DNA from: Owenia fusiformis
Lineage: Eukaryota
DNA: 64,000 nucleotides
Assembly: GCA_903813345.2 (NCBI GenBank)
Contig: CAIIXF020000001.1
Span: 4,712,001 to 4,776,000, forward strand
Direction of reading: 5' to 3'
Each line of letters opens with the position of its first letter. Within the stretch, counting starts at the first letter, position 1. Of this stretch, positions 13,076 to 27,098 are shown piece by piece. Below the pieces are notes generated by a model. It was given only the letters and a program-made list of their open reading frames with translations, was not told the DNA's origin and did no database searches. Made by a program: the position numbers and the translations under genes.

Positions 13076-14484
13076 GTACATAGATTCTGATTTGTATGTC
13101 TAAAAGTCCTTATTTCTTCATACTGAATTATCTTTCCCTTTTTAGAATAAATTAGACATATCCTGGGCCATCCCGGCGGGACATGTCAATACAACATGCT
13201 ACTACATGCTATTGATGTTTACGGCGCTGATTATACCGCAAAAGCCTCCACGATTGAAGGAAGCAGAAAGAAGAAGGCAGAAGACATCCTCCCAATCATC
13301 AAAGTGAGGGGTGAGAATGAATTAGAAATACAACATGTTTGACGTTTGACATCATAATGAAAATATGTAGTCTGCTAGATAAGTTTCTCAACTCGTGTTA
13401 AGTCTATTGCCAATCGCCTAGTGGCATTATAGGCCAAGCTTAAGTACATATTATATATTTAATACAATTAGGAACAGCATTTTGTCCATTGGGGCATAAA
13501 AGAACTGAGAGTGTCTGGCTAAGAATGAGAGTTAGGTGTCAAGTTTTTGGTTCCATGAGGGCAAAAAAGGAGATGAGGATGATACAAAAAACTATGAAAG
13601 GGGTCTTATTTCATATTTTCTTGGATAAAATTTGCAACGCTTTCAAAAGGTTCCTTCTTTTGAAGATTGAAAGGTCATTACTTCCGTATTCCAAGAAATG
13701 AATAATTTGATTTTCATTTTTGATAGTTAATATTACAAAGGTAGAATCTATCAGAAAAATGTGAGCAATTTTCACATTACGAATTAGAATTACCAATAAG
13801 TATAATCATTATCATCTCAAATATCTCGCAAAGGATCCGAATGTGTCATTTTAAATGATGCGTTATGTAAGATCAAAATGCAAAAGAAAATTCTTAATGT
13901 GCATATTTACGTACATTTATCAATTTTGTTCACATTTATCATTCTGTTCAAGTAATGAACACTAATATCAAAACCTATAATTTCCCTGGATACTGAAGTA
14001 CGAATTTCTTTGATGCTTGGAAAAGAAGCACGACAATGTCAATTCAATTGAATTGAAAACACTACATAATATACGTATAAAACAAAAAACACATATAGTT
14101 AATTGGGTGGATTTCCGAAAATTGTATTTTCCGAGGCCAATATCATATTTTCTCACGGAAAAATTATATTCCATTACGATCGTCAATAACCTATTTATTC
14201 CATAATATTTTTTCTGAAACTTATTTATATCAAAGTTTTGTATATCATCGCCCAATTATGGTGACATAAAAGGATATAATCAAATTGATTATATAACATT
14301 TTCCAGACCGGTTCCAAACGAAAAACGTAAAGATTGAGAGAAATCGCCGGGAATAGTTCTGAATACGGGATCAGATTTTGGTTGATAAGGAATCCAAAAC
14401 GGGATATGATACGGGATGTTTTGAGTATCAATTCTATTCACTATATTTCCCAGGGAAAACCTGTTGTTATGAATTAAAAAGTAG

Positions 14485-14852
14485 TTTAAAGGGAGGGATT
14501 TGATATGGGGAATATCACAAGAAGGATGGTATCAATATTTCCCGAGGAAACGCAGTGATCGAGAGAAATTTCTATATCATCCGAGGGATATTCACCATAT
14601 CATCCCGACGGGTGAATAATGACTTTATACCATCGTCAAAAGAAATATCTTCCTAAAAATCATCCATTGGAAGAGAAAATATAGAAGAGTCGAAAAAATA
14701 TTAACGTTGCGTGTATATATGAACTGAACTGAACATTATGGCCAGATATCATTCCGCTGATCCCAATATCATCCCGATATCTATATGCTATACCAAATAC
14801 GTGATTTATCACTTACTATTATATACCTGATATTGGTCTGACAATGGTATAA
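14485..14852. mobile_element. Crypton-like non-autonomous remnant
   Basis: CCCGAGG...CCGAGGGATATT...TGAATAA motif and an inverted pair CTTTATACCATCGTCA / TGACAATGGTATAAAG. Family call is by pattern recall. Confidence 0.35.
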
Positions 14853-17368
14853 AGATGCTAGTCAAATTACACTAATGAATCTTTATAACAAGTACTATAT
14901 CTAGTACCATTATATTATTTTCCGATTATTGTTAACGAAGCACTGGTAAAGAAAGTCCTTCTTAAATCCATACTTGTGGAATAATAGATTGAAAGAGAAA
15001 CGAGTTGTCAGAAAAGACAGATTACTCATGTCAATTCGGTTCAGTTTAATCTTGTGTTTTTCTTATTGTGCATGGTCTATACTGCAGCAATCATCTGATT
15101 ATATTCTGTAATAATGTGGTCGATGTCTTTGATAAACTTGGTTTACATGACCCGACCATCTTTCAAACATCATTTCAAGCGAAAAACTCGTGGTTCGGTA
15201 ACAGTGAAAATCTCATATCTTTGAGTCGTATATTACATTGACTTAGAATGGGTCTATATGATATGATTAGTTATCTAGTTATTGAATCAACATGAGATAC
15301 TGCAGCGCACGAATGTCAAATTATGTCTTCAGACAATTGGGGGTAAACCAACGGGGAAGGTATTGATAAATCTAATCAGATGATTCCGCTACACTACATA
15401 TTGCAATAATCGAGACTATATTGATACTTCCAAACACACTACACAACATTGTTAAGTACACTAAGGAAGTTTTGCTACACTACTCCCACCTTAAAGAAAG
15501 TTCATCCCAAGTAATAAGAGTGGAACCCTGTTGAATAAAAACAAGATAAATTCAATAAGGCAAGCATCAAAGTTCAAGAAGCAATTAACAAGGATCACGC
15601 ATAGAATAAAGTAGATGAATACAAGAGAAGTCGATACGTTACACTGAACAAGACCAGAAAGCCCTTACTACCTGTAGATAGGCTATAATATAATGTATGA
15701 ATACAAAAAATGGTAAGTCCCTTAATGCCTGCAACAAATCCAAATCAATCTTATTCTGTCTTTACGAGCCATTCACCCATTCACTAGAAGCTTGTAATGC
15801 CAGTTTGTGAGATTGACTGGAAAGATGATGGTCCCCTTAAGGGAGATCCATAAGGGATAATTTCGCCGTAAGAACTTGATTACGTCCCATCGTTTTTCGG
15901 ACCTCATGTAAGGTGGTAATGTTCAAAGCAGCAAATCAAGTTCGATTAGGGACAATGTCGACTGATTGAGAGATAAGTGACGGAAATGAGTGTTATATAT
16001 CCCAAGGGACCCAGTTACCATTCTTCGCAATCCAGTTAGAAGAATGTACTTTGGGATGAAAAATACTGTTTAAGAAGAGGACAATATATCTAGGAAGCCC
16101 ATGGGTTTGAATATATTCAATTACCATGCAGCTCGTATGATGAGGAAGCTAAAGGGCAAAATTAAAGGATTTTAGGTCCTTGGTACTGCAAAAAGAATTA
16201 ACGTTGAATAAATAACTAGAGTAATCCCAGATCTACAAAACCTTCCAGTTCCTTACAGTTCCCAAATTAATATCTAAAATGAAGATTTAAGATACCGAAA
16301 TATCCAAATTCAAATAATTGAATAAGTACCCCTTTTTAGGATTAATATTCGAAGCCAAGCCAAACAGCATTGGAGAACGAATACTAGGGTGGGAAAATAT
16401 GTGGCGAGAGGGAGATAGGTACCCTATTCCAAAATGGATATAAAAATTGTTTGGCTGCGATACGTTTGTCAAGGTTTAACCCGGCTATGATAGAGCCTTT
16501 TCAGCCTTTTTGAGCATAGACCTAATGGAGGGGGGGGGGCTTACAGTCAATAGATTGATATGGTTGTTGGGCGACAATGCTACGGTTTATATGAAAACAA
16601 CATCGGGAAAGGGGCAATGGGCCGGAGAATGAATATAGCGAGCATTAGGTGGTACATGTATGCTATGCTACTTTGCAATCTCATTTCACATTTAGCCGGA
16701 TATTTCTGACATTCATATTTTAGAAATTGTATAATCTGCTAATGTATTTCAATGATTAATTGATTGGCAGATTCCAATATATCATATAAAACCACTTCAA
16801 GAAATTGACAATTTATTTTCATAATATAATACAGACTGAAGTATGTACGAATCAAGAATTTCTAGAAATGATGGCCACTTCCATCTCTTATATCAAGTTC
16901 TGATATTTAATCCACATATTGAAGTAGCTCCCCATTTTCATTAGATTTAATCAAATGGGAACAATATGACCGGAGTACTCTATCATGAGCAGGGCCATTA
17001 TTGTATCCTTCTAGTCTATTCGGTCTTGGGGGAAATTAAAACAAACTGTTGTGTTTCTTTAGCTAGTCTCTTAGACGATAGTACGTCCATATTAGAACAT
17101 TGTTTTATAATGGACGCTTGTCACTGAGATGATAACAGATTGTGCTTCAATATACAAGTAGCGTTATGTACTCAGAGAAAAATATACCATACGAGTATTC
17201 TTACTAGCGGCAATTTTTGACTTATTTGCTAAAATGTGAATAGATTAATTGTGGGATTGGAGTTGGATTCATATACCGGTAAATGCAGCATCCCATTTTG
17301 CTAATTAGATCATGATGGAACGCACATATGATTACTCTTGTAATAGCAACAAAACTCCTACAAACCAT

Positions 17369-17444
17369 TACCCTTTGCATTTGTTCGACTTCACTTCTTA
17401 AAAGAGAGCTTCATAGTTTATAACTAGACTCTGCGCACAGGGTA
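17369..17444. mobile_element. ~75-bp mini inverted-repeat element (second copy 21849-21921)
   Basis: TACCCTTTGCAT...TGCGCACAGGGTA at two loci. Confidence 0.6.
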
Positions 17445-18158
17445 ACAAACCATATGGATTTTGAAACGCATTAAGTCTAATCCAATATTAGAGCTATGGA
17501 ACAACTACTTTACGTGTATACATGATCATACCATATATTTTGTTTTGTAGAAACCTTCTTTTTTAACCATTTCAAACGAAATGGAAAACATCGGATCTCG
17601 TCGTACAATTGAATTTTACTTCAAACTAGAAATTCAATTGCATCTTATTAGTTTGGAAATACAAGAATCGATCGTAATGCATTATTACAAATCAGTAGGC
17701 AAAGTCAGGGGAACCAACATAGCCATGGATTTATATGCTTTAGAATTACAAGCACCCTTCATTCATCTCCTGGGTATAAGGCTGTCACCATGCAAGCGTA
17801 GCGAACTATTCTACATGGGTCGTTTTACGATAAATGACATATCAAAGGAGTGGTATCGATATGGAGAACTTTTTGAACACACGTTTCTCTTAAACCAGTC
17901 TTAAAAAAATCTAAAAATTTAACACATCGTAAATTTAATGGTCATCTTTTGAATGGTAACAATATAAGTTGAAAAAATATATACTTTCATCTATATTGTT
18001 TTAGAAAACACATCAAACACTTGTTTTGTTCTTAATATTATGTTTCCAGAGTGAAATGAAACAGCTTTCCGAGCCTCATTAGAACAAAACGACATAAACA
18101 CAACATGTTTAGGTCTCTCAATATTGTAATTGTACAATGGAAATTTTCTATATATATA

Positions 18159-19123
18159 CAGGGTGACCCCAAAAAAATGCAACCCTCCATTTTTCGAATA
18201 TTTTTCTTAAATGGAGGTTAATTGCTCTGAAATTTGGCACACAAGGACTTCATTCAATGTGGGATCCTCTGGCAAAGTTTCAATAATCATAGTCTTATAT
18301 TGATAGAGTTATGGTCGTTCCAAAATATGCTCCAAATGTCGTCCATTTCCAATGTCAGGTTTTCGGATGAATCACATTCCCTTCTTTCTGAACATGTAAA
18401 CTCAAGAAATAATGTGTTCTGGGATCACAAATTCCAGATAAAGTGCTTCACAGGCCCCTACATTCTGTTAAATGCATAGCTTGGGCTGCCAATTTCCAAA
18501 CATGAAATCATCTGCCCCTTTTGGTTTGAGGTTGATAATGGCAACACTGTTACTGTTAACACACAGCGCAATATTGGCGTTCCCAGGAAGTTCTAGGCAG
18601 TTCTAGAGTGACATAGAGGCTTCAATAGACAAGAACAGTGGTTCTAGAAGGATGGAGCTACTCTTCACACTTCTAATGATAGCATAGCCCGGCTCACTAG
18701 TCATTTCTATGAGAAGATTATCTCTCCTAGGACGGAGGACCCATGGTCATCCCACAGTCTTGATCTCAATGCCCCTGACTTCTATATACGGGGTTATTTA
18801 AAGGATAATGTGTATGAAAATAACCCTACCGCAATTGCAGAACTCCAATAAGCGATGGCTGCAAAAATTTGAGCTATACCCATGGTGAAGAATGGAACAG
18901 TTTTCCTTGAACATTGCAAGTTTGTTTTCAGCGAAATTGACGACATCTGGAGCATATTTTGAAACAACCATAACTCTATCAATATAAGACTATGATTATT
19001 AAAACTTTGCCAAAGGATCCCACATAGAATGAAATCCTTGTGTGCCAAATCTCAGAGCAATTTACCTCCATTTAAGAAAAATATTGACAAAATGGAGGGT
19101 TGCATTTTTTTGGGGTCACCCTG
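18159..19123. mobile_element. Tc1/mariner DD41D-family deletion derivative with 191-bp inverted arms
   Basis: TA|CAGGGTGACCCC ... GGGGTCACCCTG|TA. Confidence 0.92.
18351..18973 (+). pseudogene. DD41D (rosa-type) transposase catalytic-domain pseudogene
   Basis: FSDESH..VNSRN..FW, PLHS.K...W, WF*KDGATLHT, W..HSLDLNAPDF..GYLKDNVY, HLEHIL. 41 residues lie between the 2nd and 3rd Asp; stops and frameshifts are present. Confidence 0.88.
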
Positions 19124-22100
19124 TATATCTATTTTGGGGGGATTTTGTTTTTAAGTTTTGAATACTTTTTTAAAATCAACCAAAAATTCCTTTGTATAAC
19201 TATAATATTGAGAGGTCTAAAAACATGTTGTATATGCTATTATGTTCCAACAAGGTTCGGAAAGACATTTTATTTCATTCTCAAGAATTGGTAGAAAGGA
19301 GCAAAAACAATTGCACTAAAAAAAACAAAAAATGTTAACAAAAACAGTTATATAAAATATTTCTAAATAATTTTCGCATTAAATTGTTGTCAATCAGTCA
19401 ACATTACATAAAATACCGTGTTTTTTACATAATGTATTCAATGATTGGTTCAAGAGAAAAACATTGTTGAATTCAGTTCTCCATATCGATACCAATCCTT
19501 TCTAATGTTCTATAAAATATGCGATGTTTGCGTTGATATCAGCATCTGTGTGTTACCTTGATAACAATACCATAGTTTATCATTATTGTAGGGTTAATTT
19601 TTAAGATATTGCTTTTTTTCTTGAAGCAAGCTGGAATTTTGGACATAAAAATTGTTTTGATTTTGTATGGCTAATAGGAACTTCTCAAGTAATCAGTTAC
19701 GTATATATGAAAAGATTGTTGGTATTTCTGTTGTTGTACAATGTAACCTTCACTCTGCTAAATTGAATCCCTCGAATACAAATTCATCAGGATCTTCCGA
19801 AATCTACGAAAGGACATGATAATGATGTCGCTCACGAAATCATAAAATATAACATTTCCTCTTCAAAATGATCGTCATAATTGTGTTTAAATTTCGGTTA
19901 ATGGCTTTTCCAAAATATATCACTTATCGTAAATAGGCCCACTTGCAAAGAACTAGTGAGCAATACGAAAAAATATACCATTATCAAAAGCAATATCAAA
20001 AATGCTCACTCCTGTTAAATGTCGCATATGGCAAACTTTATTTTACCATATGCAACATTTGCAAGAACAACTTCATCTAATTATCGAACAAAAATAATGT
20101 CAACCACATACTAGGTTATTGGATAGAGTAATCGAAATGAATAGCAATTATATATCAGTGAAAGATTTTACCTGGCAGGAATCACCAGGTGTCCTGTTAT
20201 AGAAATACGCCGAACATCACAGGAACTTCTCGGATAAGTTAATGTTATGACACGTGTCTGGGTTTTGACAGAAAACATGTTACATTGGGTAATCCAGTCC
20301 CTGGCCTTTTTACAGCATGGTCAGTGACACATCATCCGTGTAATCTCTGACTGGCCTAGAAACATACTATCTATGTAATTTTATGCGCCCTTGATTTGGT
20401 TCCGGCGGTTTTGTTGCCTCATGTCCTCCGTGGCTCCATTCTAATATTACAAAGCCCTGCTGTTATGGATGAAGAAAAGGAAACAGCATTTCTGTCATAT
20501 CGAGGAGCATGTACCCAACGATCGGACTGTTTTTGGAGATATATGGGAAAACAGTAATTCAGTCACTGTATGAACCAATGGAAAGGGACATTGGAGCCTG
20601 GCAGTGGTGCAGAAGGGACTGACGAAGTCCCATCAAATAATTGCGCCCTCTTCATTTAGGTGCCCTAATGTGCACCTATATATTGTTTTCCTTGTTCATA
20701 CATTACACCCTATGTACAAAGGTCGCCCGAAATTACAAGTCTGGGAGAATAGATGTAACAAATCTGTGAGATCTTCAATTGTATTCTAACCGTTATTTTC
20801 TAAATATTTATTTTTGTATCGACCAGGATCAATCAGAGCAATAGGACCAATAATCTCAGGGTAGTCATTATTTGTGTCTAATCAGTAATGCAACCGGAAA
20901 ATATGTAACTTATAGCATTGTTGATCACAAGGATAATTGATTACTTTCTGATTTATCAGACTCCCACATTGCTAAAGAGAGAGTAGAAGTTGTGGATACA
21001 ACTAATAGATCACATTTTCACATTATCAGAACTTCAGATATGAGCTTTACGATAGAGTATCTGACGCATGGTTGACTTGTTTTGGCTTACAAAAGAAGAA
21101 CAAGAATATTAAATAAGATTGACACTCCAGCGATTTCCCATCATGTATGTCTAAAACGGATGTGAAATTCAATTCCGCCAATAACAGTCACAAAATAAAA
21201 TAGATTAAAAATATAATAGACATTGGTAGGTAATGATTGGAACGCCGATATCAATTGATTCCACAGAGCATTGAACCCTAAATAACATGAGCATCAACAG
21301 TGACGTCATCGTAGAGATTAAAATGGATGCATGCTGAGTTTCTGGTTCCACGGACGGAAAAGTATTTCCAAGTTAAATCGAAGTGACAAATGCAGAAATA
21401 GATTTCAGGCCATTGACATATTTAAATGTAATAGTACACATGATGCTTCGAGACACAAATAAAAATACACAGCAAGTCAATTCTAAATAATTGTTCTTCA
21501 AGTGACTGAAGGATAAAGAGAAAATAAAATATTGGAAGTAATTCTTTTAATCAAAATGTCAATGTGTTCCTCACACTCCCCAATTTAAATAGTCTTGTAT
21601 CGAGCCCTTGCGACTCCATGGTCTTTAGTAAGTAGGGTGAAGGTGTCCATGCAGACTTGACGCAAAGTCATAAGCTCATCGAGGATAGAATAAAATGTGT
21701 CGTAATCTGCATCACCCTTGAAATACTTGTTTGGCATACTAAGTAACAATAGACTACAAGTTTGATTTGAAATAACTGCGATTAGAAATCTACCATTACG
21801 CAAGTGAGCAGATTACTTGTCTCCTTTCTTGCTATTCCAGAGATAAAGTACCCTTTGCATCCGTTCGACTTCACATCTTAAAAAAGAGCTTCGTCTATAA
21901 TCAGACTCTGCGCACAGGGTAGAGTTAAGAAATATCTACTTGGGTTTGAAATGGTGCTTGCTTTAATTCAAATTGATCTGTGCATGGGGGATTGACTGGG
22001 ATGGTAAGCCCGGGGAGGTAAGGCGCGGGAGGTAAGGTCATCTCCATACAACTGTTTATAATTTCCCTAACTGACCCAGGGACAAAATATGTCAATGTTT

Positions 22101-24234
22101 AAGTAAGGGCCATCGTAGAACGGGGACAAAAATTCTGTCAATATAGTACACAAAAGGTTTAAACGATATAATTGAGACGACCAACAGGTTTCTTTTTTCA
22201 TGCATACACATATAAAATAGTACCATTCTGATAGTCTTATGACATCTCTCTGTTTCACCTGAAACATATCTCAGGGCTGAGAAGAAACGAGCTGTCGTGG
22301 TTAATCATGGATGTTGAAATAGAACTGAATATGTATAAGACCTTGAAAATCAAAGATGGATATCTGGAGACTGACAAATAAAATGGTTCTTGGACATTGT
22401 CTATAAAAATCAATTGAAATGTCAAAAACGACTGGAACAACCAACCGATACTTATTAGTTATTAATCCTAAGTTGATTGATTAAGTAGTTTACCTTCCTT
22501 TGAAGTAGAATTAATCAGAAAGACGTCAATCTAGAGTGTCAGTTCGATACCGATTAAAAAAAATCAATAAAACAACTAATTTCGTGCCACTGGCAACAAT
22601 TTATAGGCTAAGTAGGGGGCATGTTCTTTTTTCAATTATTTGATTTCGCTTTTTAACGGTAGTCTCGGGATAGAGGTCATGGAAGAATTTCAGGATATAG
22701 TTTCAGCGAGTTAGAAATCATTTTGAGTCTAGTTATTACTGTTGAATTAATTGATTTTATACCGATTGGTCTCATTACTAAATAAGTGTTTTACCAAGCT
22801 GCGGCACATTCTAATCACACTGATAACGTGGACCTTATCTCTGGATACACCATGGGAGCGAGCCAAACACGAGATATTATTATCCACAGTGTATGATACA
22901 TGATAAACCACCGAGCCATAGAAATACCCTCTAAAAATAATTCCCATTGGCCCTGATATATTTATGAAATATTCTATAATAACGCTAACTAATAAGCTGA
23001 ACTATTGGTTTTGATCCGTACTGGAAATCGTTATTTTGGTAGAGCAATTGAGCGAAGTCTTCTACTTTTCATATATTACATAACTATGCCTTTTTAACCC
23101 ACGGATCAATAACAGAGTATTAAGCCATTGTGGATTATCTTTGGTATTTGAGCTCATCTTGGGCCTAATGTGTCGACTTTGGGAGACATTATTAAGCGTT
23201 TCTCGTTGCAGCAATCGCAGTTGAATTCGAAAATATTTGCCGTGCTGAATGGCAGCGAATACTGAAGCTAAAATTGATTAGCTCGGGACGCAGGGAGAAT
23301 AGAAGATCATTTGTGTCGAACAAATCCCCGCAAAATTGCGTGACAAACGTTAGTTACAGATTTCATCGCAGATCCTGTATTCACACAACCCTTACATCAG
23401 TGATTTTCTTGTTCAAGAAACCAGTGTTCCAGGTTCTTAACCATGTCAAATACAAGCTGTGTGGTGTGTACCACTTCTGTCTACTGATTTAACCCAATCG
23501 ATCTCCGAGAGATATGCATCGTTTAAATCTTCCTTATTTTCAACAAATTATAGGTATTCATCAACGCAAGCCTAAATGTATTTGAAATAAATCTTAGTTA
23601 TCCCTCGTCTAATCCCCAATCAGCAAACGGTTTCAACAACGAGAATTTATGATTGGTTACATTTTTCCAGCTACTCGCTTGATCAGACAACAAAGTGTGA
23701 ACATAACAGCAACTGTTCATTAATTTAACCCATACAGACATATCTTACTAATAAATATTTAGATATTTCATCTTAAAGTGGCAACAAAGGATTTAAAGAG
23801 TTAGAAATGTTGGAAATAAACGATAAAATAATAAAAATCTCAATCGCGTATGATCCAAATATTTGAGGAGATTCCAAAAATCTGATCAAAGATGGAAGTT
23901 CCTGAAAATTAATGATATAAAATGTCAAAATTCGCTAGAACTGATCACTACCATTGACCTTTAAATCCAAATTGAATACTTTTCATCAAAGTCATCAAGT
24001 CAAAACACCCCACTATTATTGAGAAAAGACTGTCAATTAACAAAAATATTATAAGATTCGCTAACGTTTAATTAAAGAGGAATTCAAAAATTAACACTTT
24101 CATTCCTTTGGCGTCTCTTTAGATTTTAACATTGGTTTTAGAGATAAAATATTCAGGTATTAGCTTAAATTAGATTTCAAATATTGAGCAAACGAAATAA
24201 AAAATAGACATCAATAAATATCTAATAATCTTAC

Positions 24235-24670
24235 CTTGGCTCATTTGAAATACATTGGTATGTGCGTGGACGCGGACTTTATATCTTGTCCATTGCTTTG
24301 GAGTCTTCCTTAATGTTCTAAACTAAAACTTGCGTTAAGTAGTTTGGCACCTGGTTTATTTTTCCCTTTGCTTAATTCAATCTCGTGATACAAGGAAAAG
24401 TTCGATTGGTATCGTTCCTGGTTATTGACTACTACTTGCAGCTAGTATCCTGTCTGCTTTTTCTCAACACACTGCTCTTTTTTAATATGTAACGAGCTTT
24501 TTACCGTCTAAAAGACAAGGGCGAGCAAAATAAAGCTTATGCATCGAAATGTATAACCATTCAATACCAATATTCCCTGGAGTATCAGAGGTCACGTGAT
24601 TGCATCAAAGATTTATTGTATTCTTCCAGTAAATTGTACCCTTCGTGAAATAAAGATGCGTGCGCAGATC
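24235..24670 (-). promoter_or_regulatory. Putative promoter and first exon of a minus-strand transcript downstream of scrib
   Basis: Strong donor CAAG|GTAAGA at 24234; E-box GTCACGTGA at 24591; TGCGTGCGCA at ~24657. Confidence 0.4.
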
Positions 24671-25049
24671 ATGAAGGAGAATTGGGCAGATTGATTTTGC
24701 TATTGGGACTGATGAGTTATTTGCACACCAGTCACGACATATTCCCGGCCTTAAAATTCTCTTTTCATTGATAATCATAATATACTGAAATCGACAACTG
24801 CGATATTGGCACCCGTTACTTAGTTTTCATTGTCCTCATTGTATCGGAATATAATAGGCTAATTGATCTTTAAATCGTCCGTTTATACTGACATAGCGCG
24901 TGTTATAGACAATCATATTGGAAATAAAATCATTGGTTATAATAAAGTATGTGTAAAAAGACAATTATTTATTGATCATTAAAGTTCTGTATCGTAAATA
25001 CATTACACATTGGTGTTACTTGTCTGGCTGGGATCATAATGTTATTACG

Positions 25050-27052
25050 TAAGCTGCTTACAGCTGTGTCTTCACTTTGTTAACTACACAGCTGTGTCTT
25101 TTCAGTATGTAAATTACTTACAACTAGCTGTGTCTTCTATACTACTTAAATTGCTTACAGTTGTGTCTTTTCAGTATGTAAACTTCTCACAGCAAGTGTC
25201 TTCTTACTATGTAAACTGCTTACAGTTGTGTCTTCTTACTCTGTAGACTGCTTACAGCTGTGTCTTCTTACTTTGTAAACTGCTTATAGCTGTGTCTTTT
25301 TACTCTGTAAACTGCTTACAGTTATGTCTTCCTACTATGTAAACTGCTTATAGCTGTGTCTTTTTACTCTGTAAACTGCTTACAGCTATGTCTTCCTACT
25401 ATGTAAACTGCTTATAGCAGTGTCTTTTTACTTTGTAAACTGCTTATAGCTGTGTCTTTTAACTCTGTAAACTGCTTACAGCTATGTCTTCCTACTATGT
25501 AAACTGCTTATAGCTGTGTCTTTTTACTCTGTAAACTGCTTACAGCTATGTCTTCCTACTATGTAAACTGCTTACAATTGTGTCTTCTTACTATGTAAAC
25601 TGCTTACAGCTGTGTCTTCCTACTATGTAAACTGCTTACAATTGTGTCTTTTTACTCTGTAAACTGCTTACAGCTATGTCTTCCTACTATGTAAACTGCT
25701 TACAATTGTGTCTTCTTACTATGTAAACTGCTTACAGCTGTGTCTTCCTACTATGTAAACTGCTTATAGCTGTGTCTTTTTACTCTGTAAACTGCTTACA
25801 GCTATGTCTTCCTACTATGTAAACTGCTTACAATTGTGTCTTCTTACTATGTAAACTGCTTACAGCTGTGTCTTCCTACTATGTAAACTGCTTACAGTTG
25901 TGTCTTCTTACTCTGTAGACTGCTTACAGCTGTGTCTTCTTACTTTGTAAACTGCTTATAGCTGTGTCTTTTTACTCTGTAAACTGCTTACAGTTATGTC
26001 TTCCTACTATGTAAACTGCTTATAGCTGTGTCTTTTTACTCTGTAAACTGCTTACAGCTATGTCTTCCTACTATGTAAACTGCTTATAGCAGTGTCTTTT
26101 TACTTTGTAAACTGCTTATAGCTGTGTCTTTTAACTCTGTAAACTGCTTACAGCTATGTCTTCCTACTATGTAAACTGCTTATAGCTGTGTCTTTTTACT
26201 CTGTAAACTGCTTACAGCTATGTCTTCCTACTATGTAAACTGCTTATAGCAGTGTCTTTTTACTTTGTAAACTGCTTATAGCTGTGTCTTTTAACTCTGT
26301 AAGCTGCTTACAGCTATGTCTTCCTACTATGTAAACTGCTTACAATTGTGTCTTCTTACTATGTAAACTGCTTAGACCTGTGTCTTCTTACTATGTAAAC
26401 TGCTTACAGCTGTGTCTTCTTACTATGTAAACTGCTTACAGCTGTGTCTTCTTACTATGTAAACTGCTTATAGCTGTGTCTTTTTACTCTGTAAACTGCT
26501 TACAGCCATGTCTTCGTACTATGTAAACTGCTTACAATTGTGTATTCTTACTATGTAAACTGCTTACAGCTGTGTCTTCTTACTATGTAAACTGCTTACA
26601 GCTGTGTCTTCTTACTATGTAAACTGCTTATAGCTGTGTCTTTTTACTCTGTAAACTGCTTACAGCCATGTCTTCGTACTATGTAAACTGCTTACAATTG
26701 TGTCTTCTTACTATGTAAACTGCTTACAGCTGTGTCTTCTTACTATGTAAACTGCTTATAGCTGTGTCTTTTTACTCTGTAAACTGCTTACAGCCATGTC
26801 TTCGTACTATGTAAACTGCTTACAATTGTGTCTTCTTACTATGTAAACTGCTTACAGATGTGTCTTCTTACAATGTAAACTGCTTACATCTGTGTCTTCT
26901 TACTTTGTAAACTGCTTACAGCTGTGTGTTCTTACTATTTAAACTGCTACACAGTCGTGTCTTCCCACTTTTTAAACTGCTAATACACCTGTGCCTTTTC
27001 ACGATGTAAACTGCTTATGGCTGTGTCCTCTCACTATGTAAACTGCTTATAG
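25050..27052. repeat. 32-bp satellite array, ~62 copies
   Basis: Unit CTGCTTACAGCTGTGTCTTCTTACTATGTAAA; degenerate at both edges. Confidence 0.97.
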
Positions 27053-27098
27053 TGTATCACTTGAATCTGCTACATTCGCTATGTAGACTGATCACAAT

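Larger units (their letters stand above)
17846..19499. mobile_element. Palindromic AGG...CCT element (Kolobok-like) hosting a Tc1/mariner insertion
   Basis: TIR AGGA.TGGTATCGATATGGAGAACT; inner inverted arms ~18050-18150/19180-19280; a partial copy lies at 641-825. Confidence 0.65.

Noticed and set aside
15400-16470. Possible degraded LINE/RNase H relic on the minus strand
   Set aside because: Only a faint motif (IEYIQTHGLPRYIVLF); too decayed to support without a search.
20280-20700. GC-richer patch as coding exon
   Set aside because: Stops in the frames examined and no clear splice pair.
25050-27052. 32-bp repeat array as CRISPR
   Set aside because: Contiguous monomers with no unique spacers, no cas genes, eukaryotic context.
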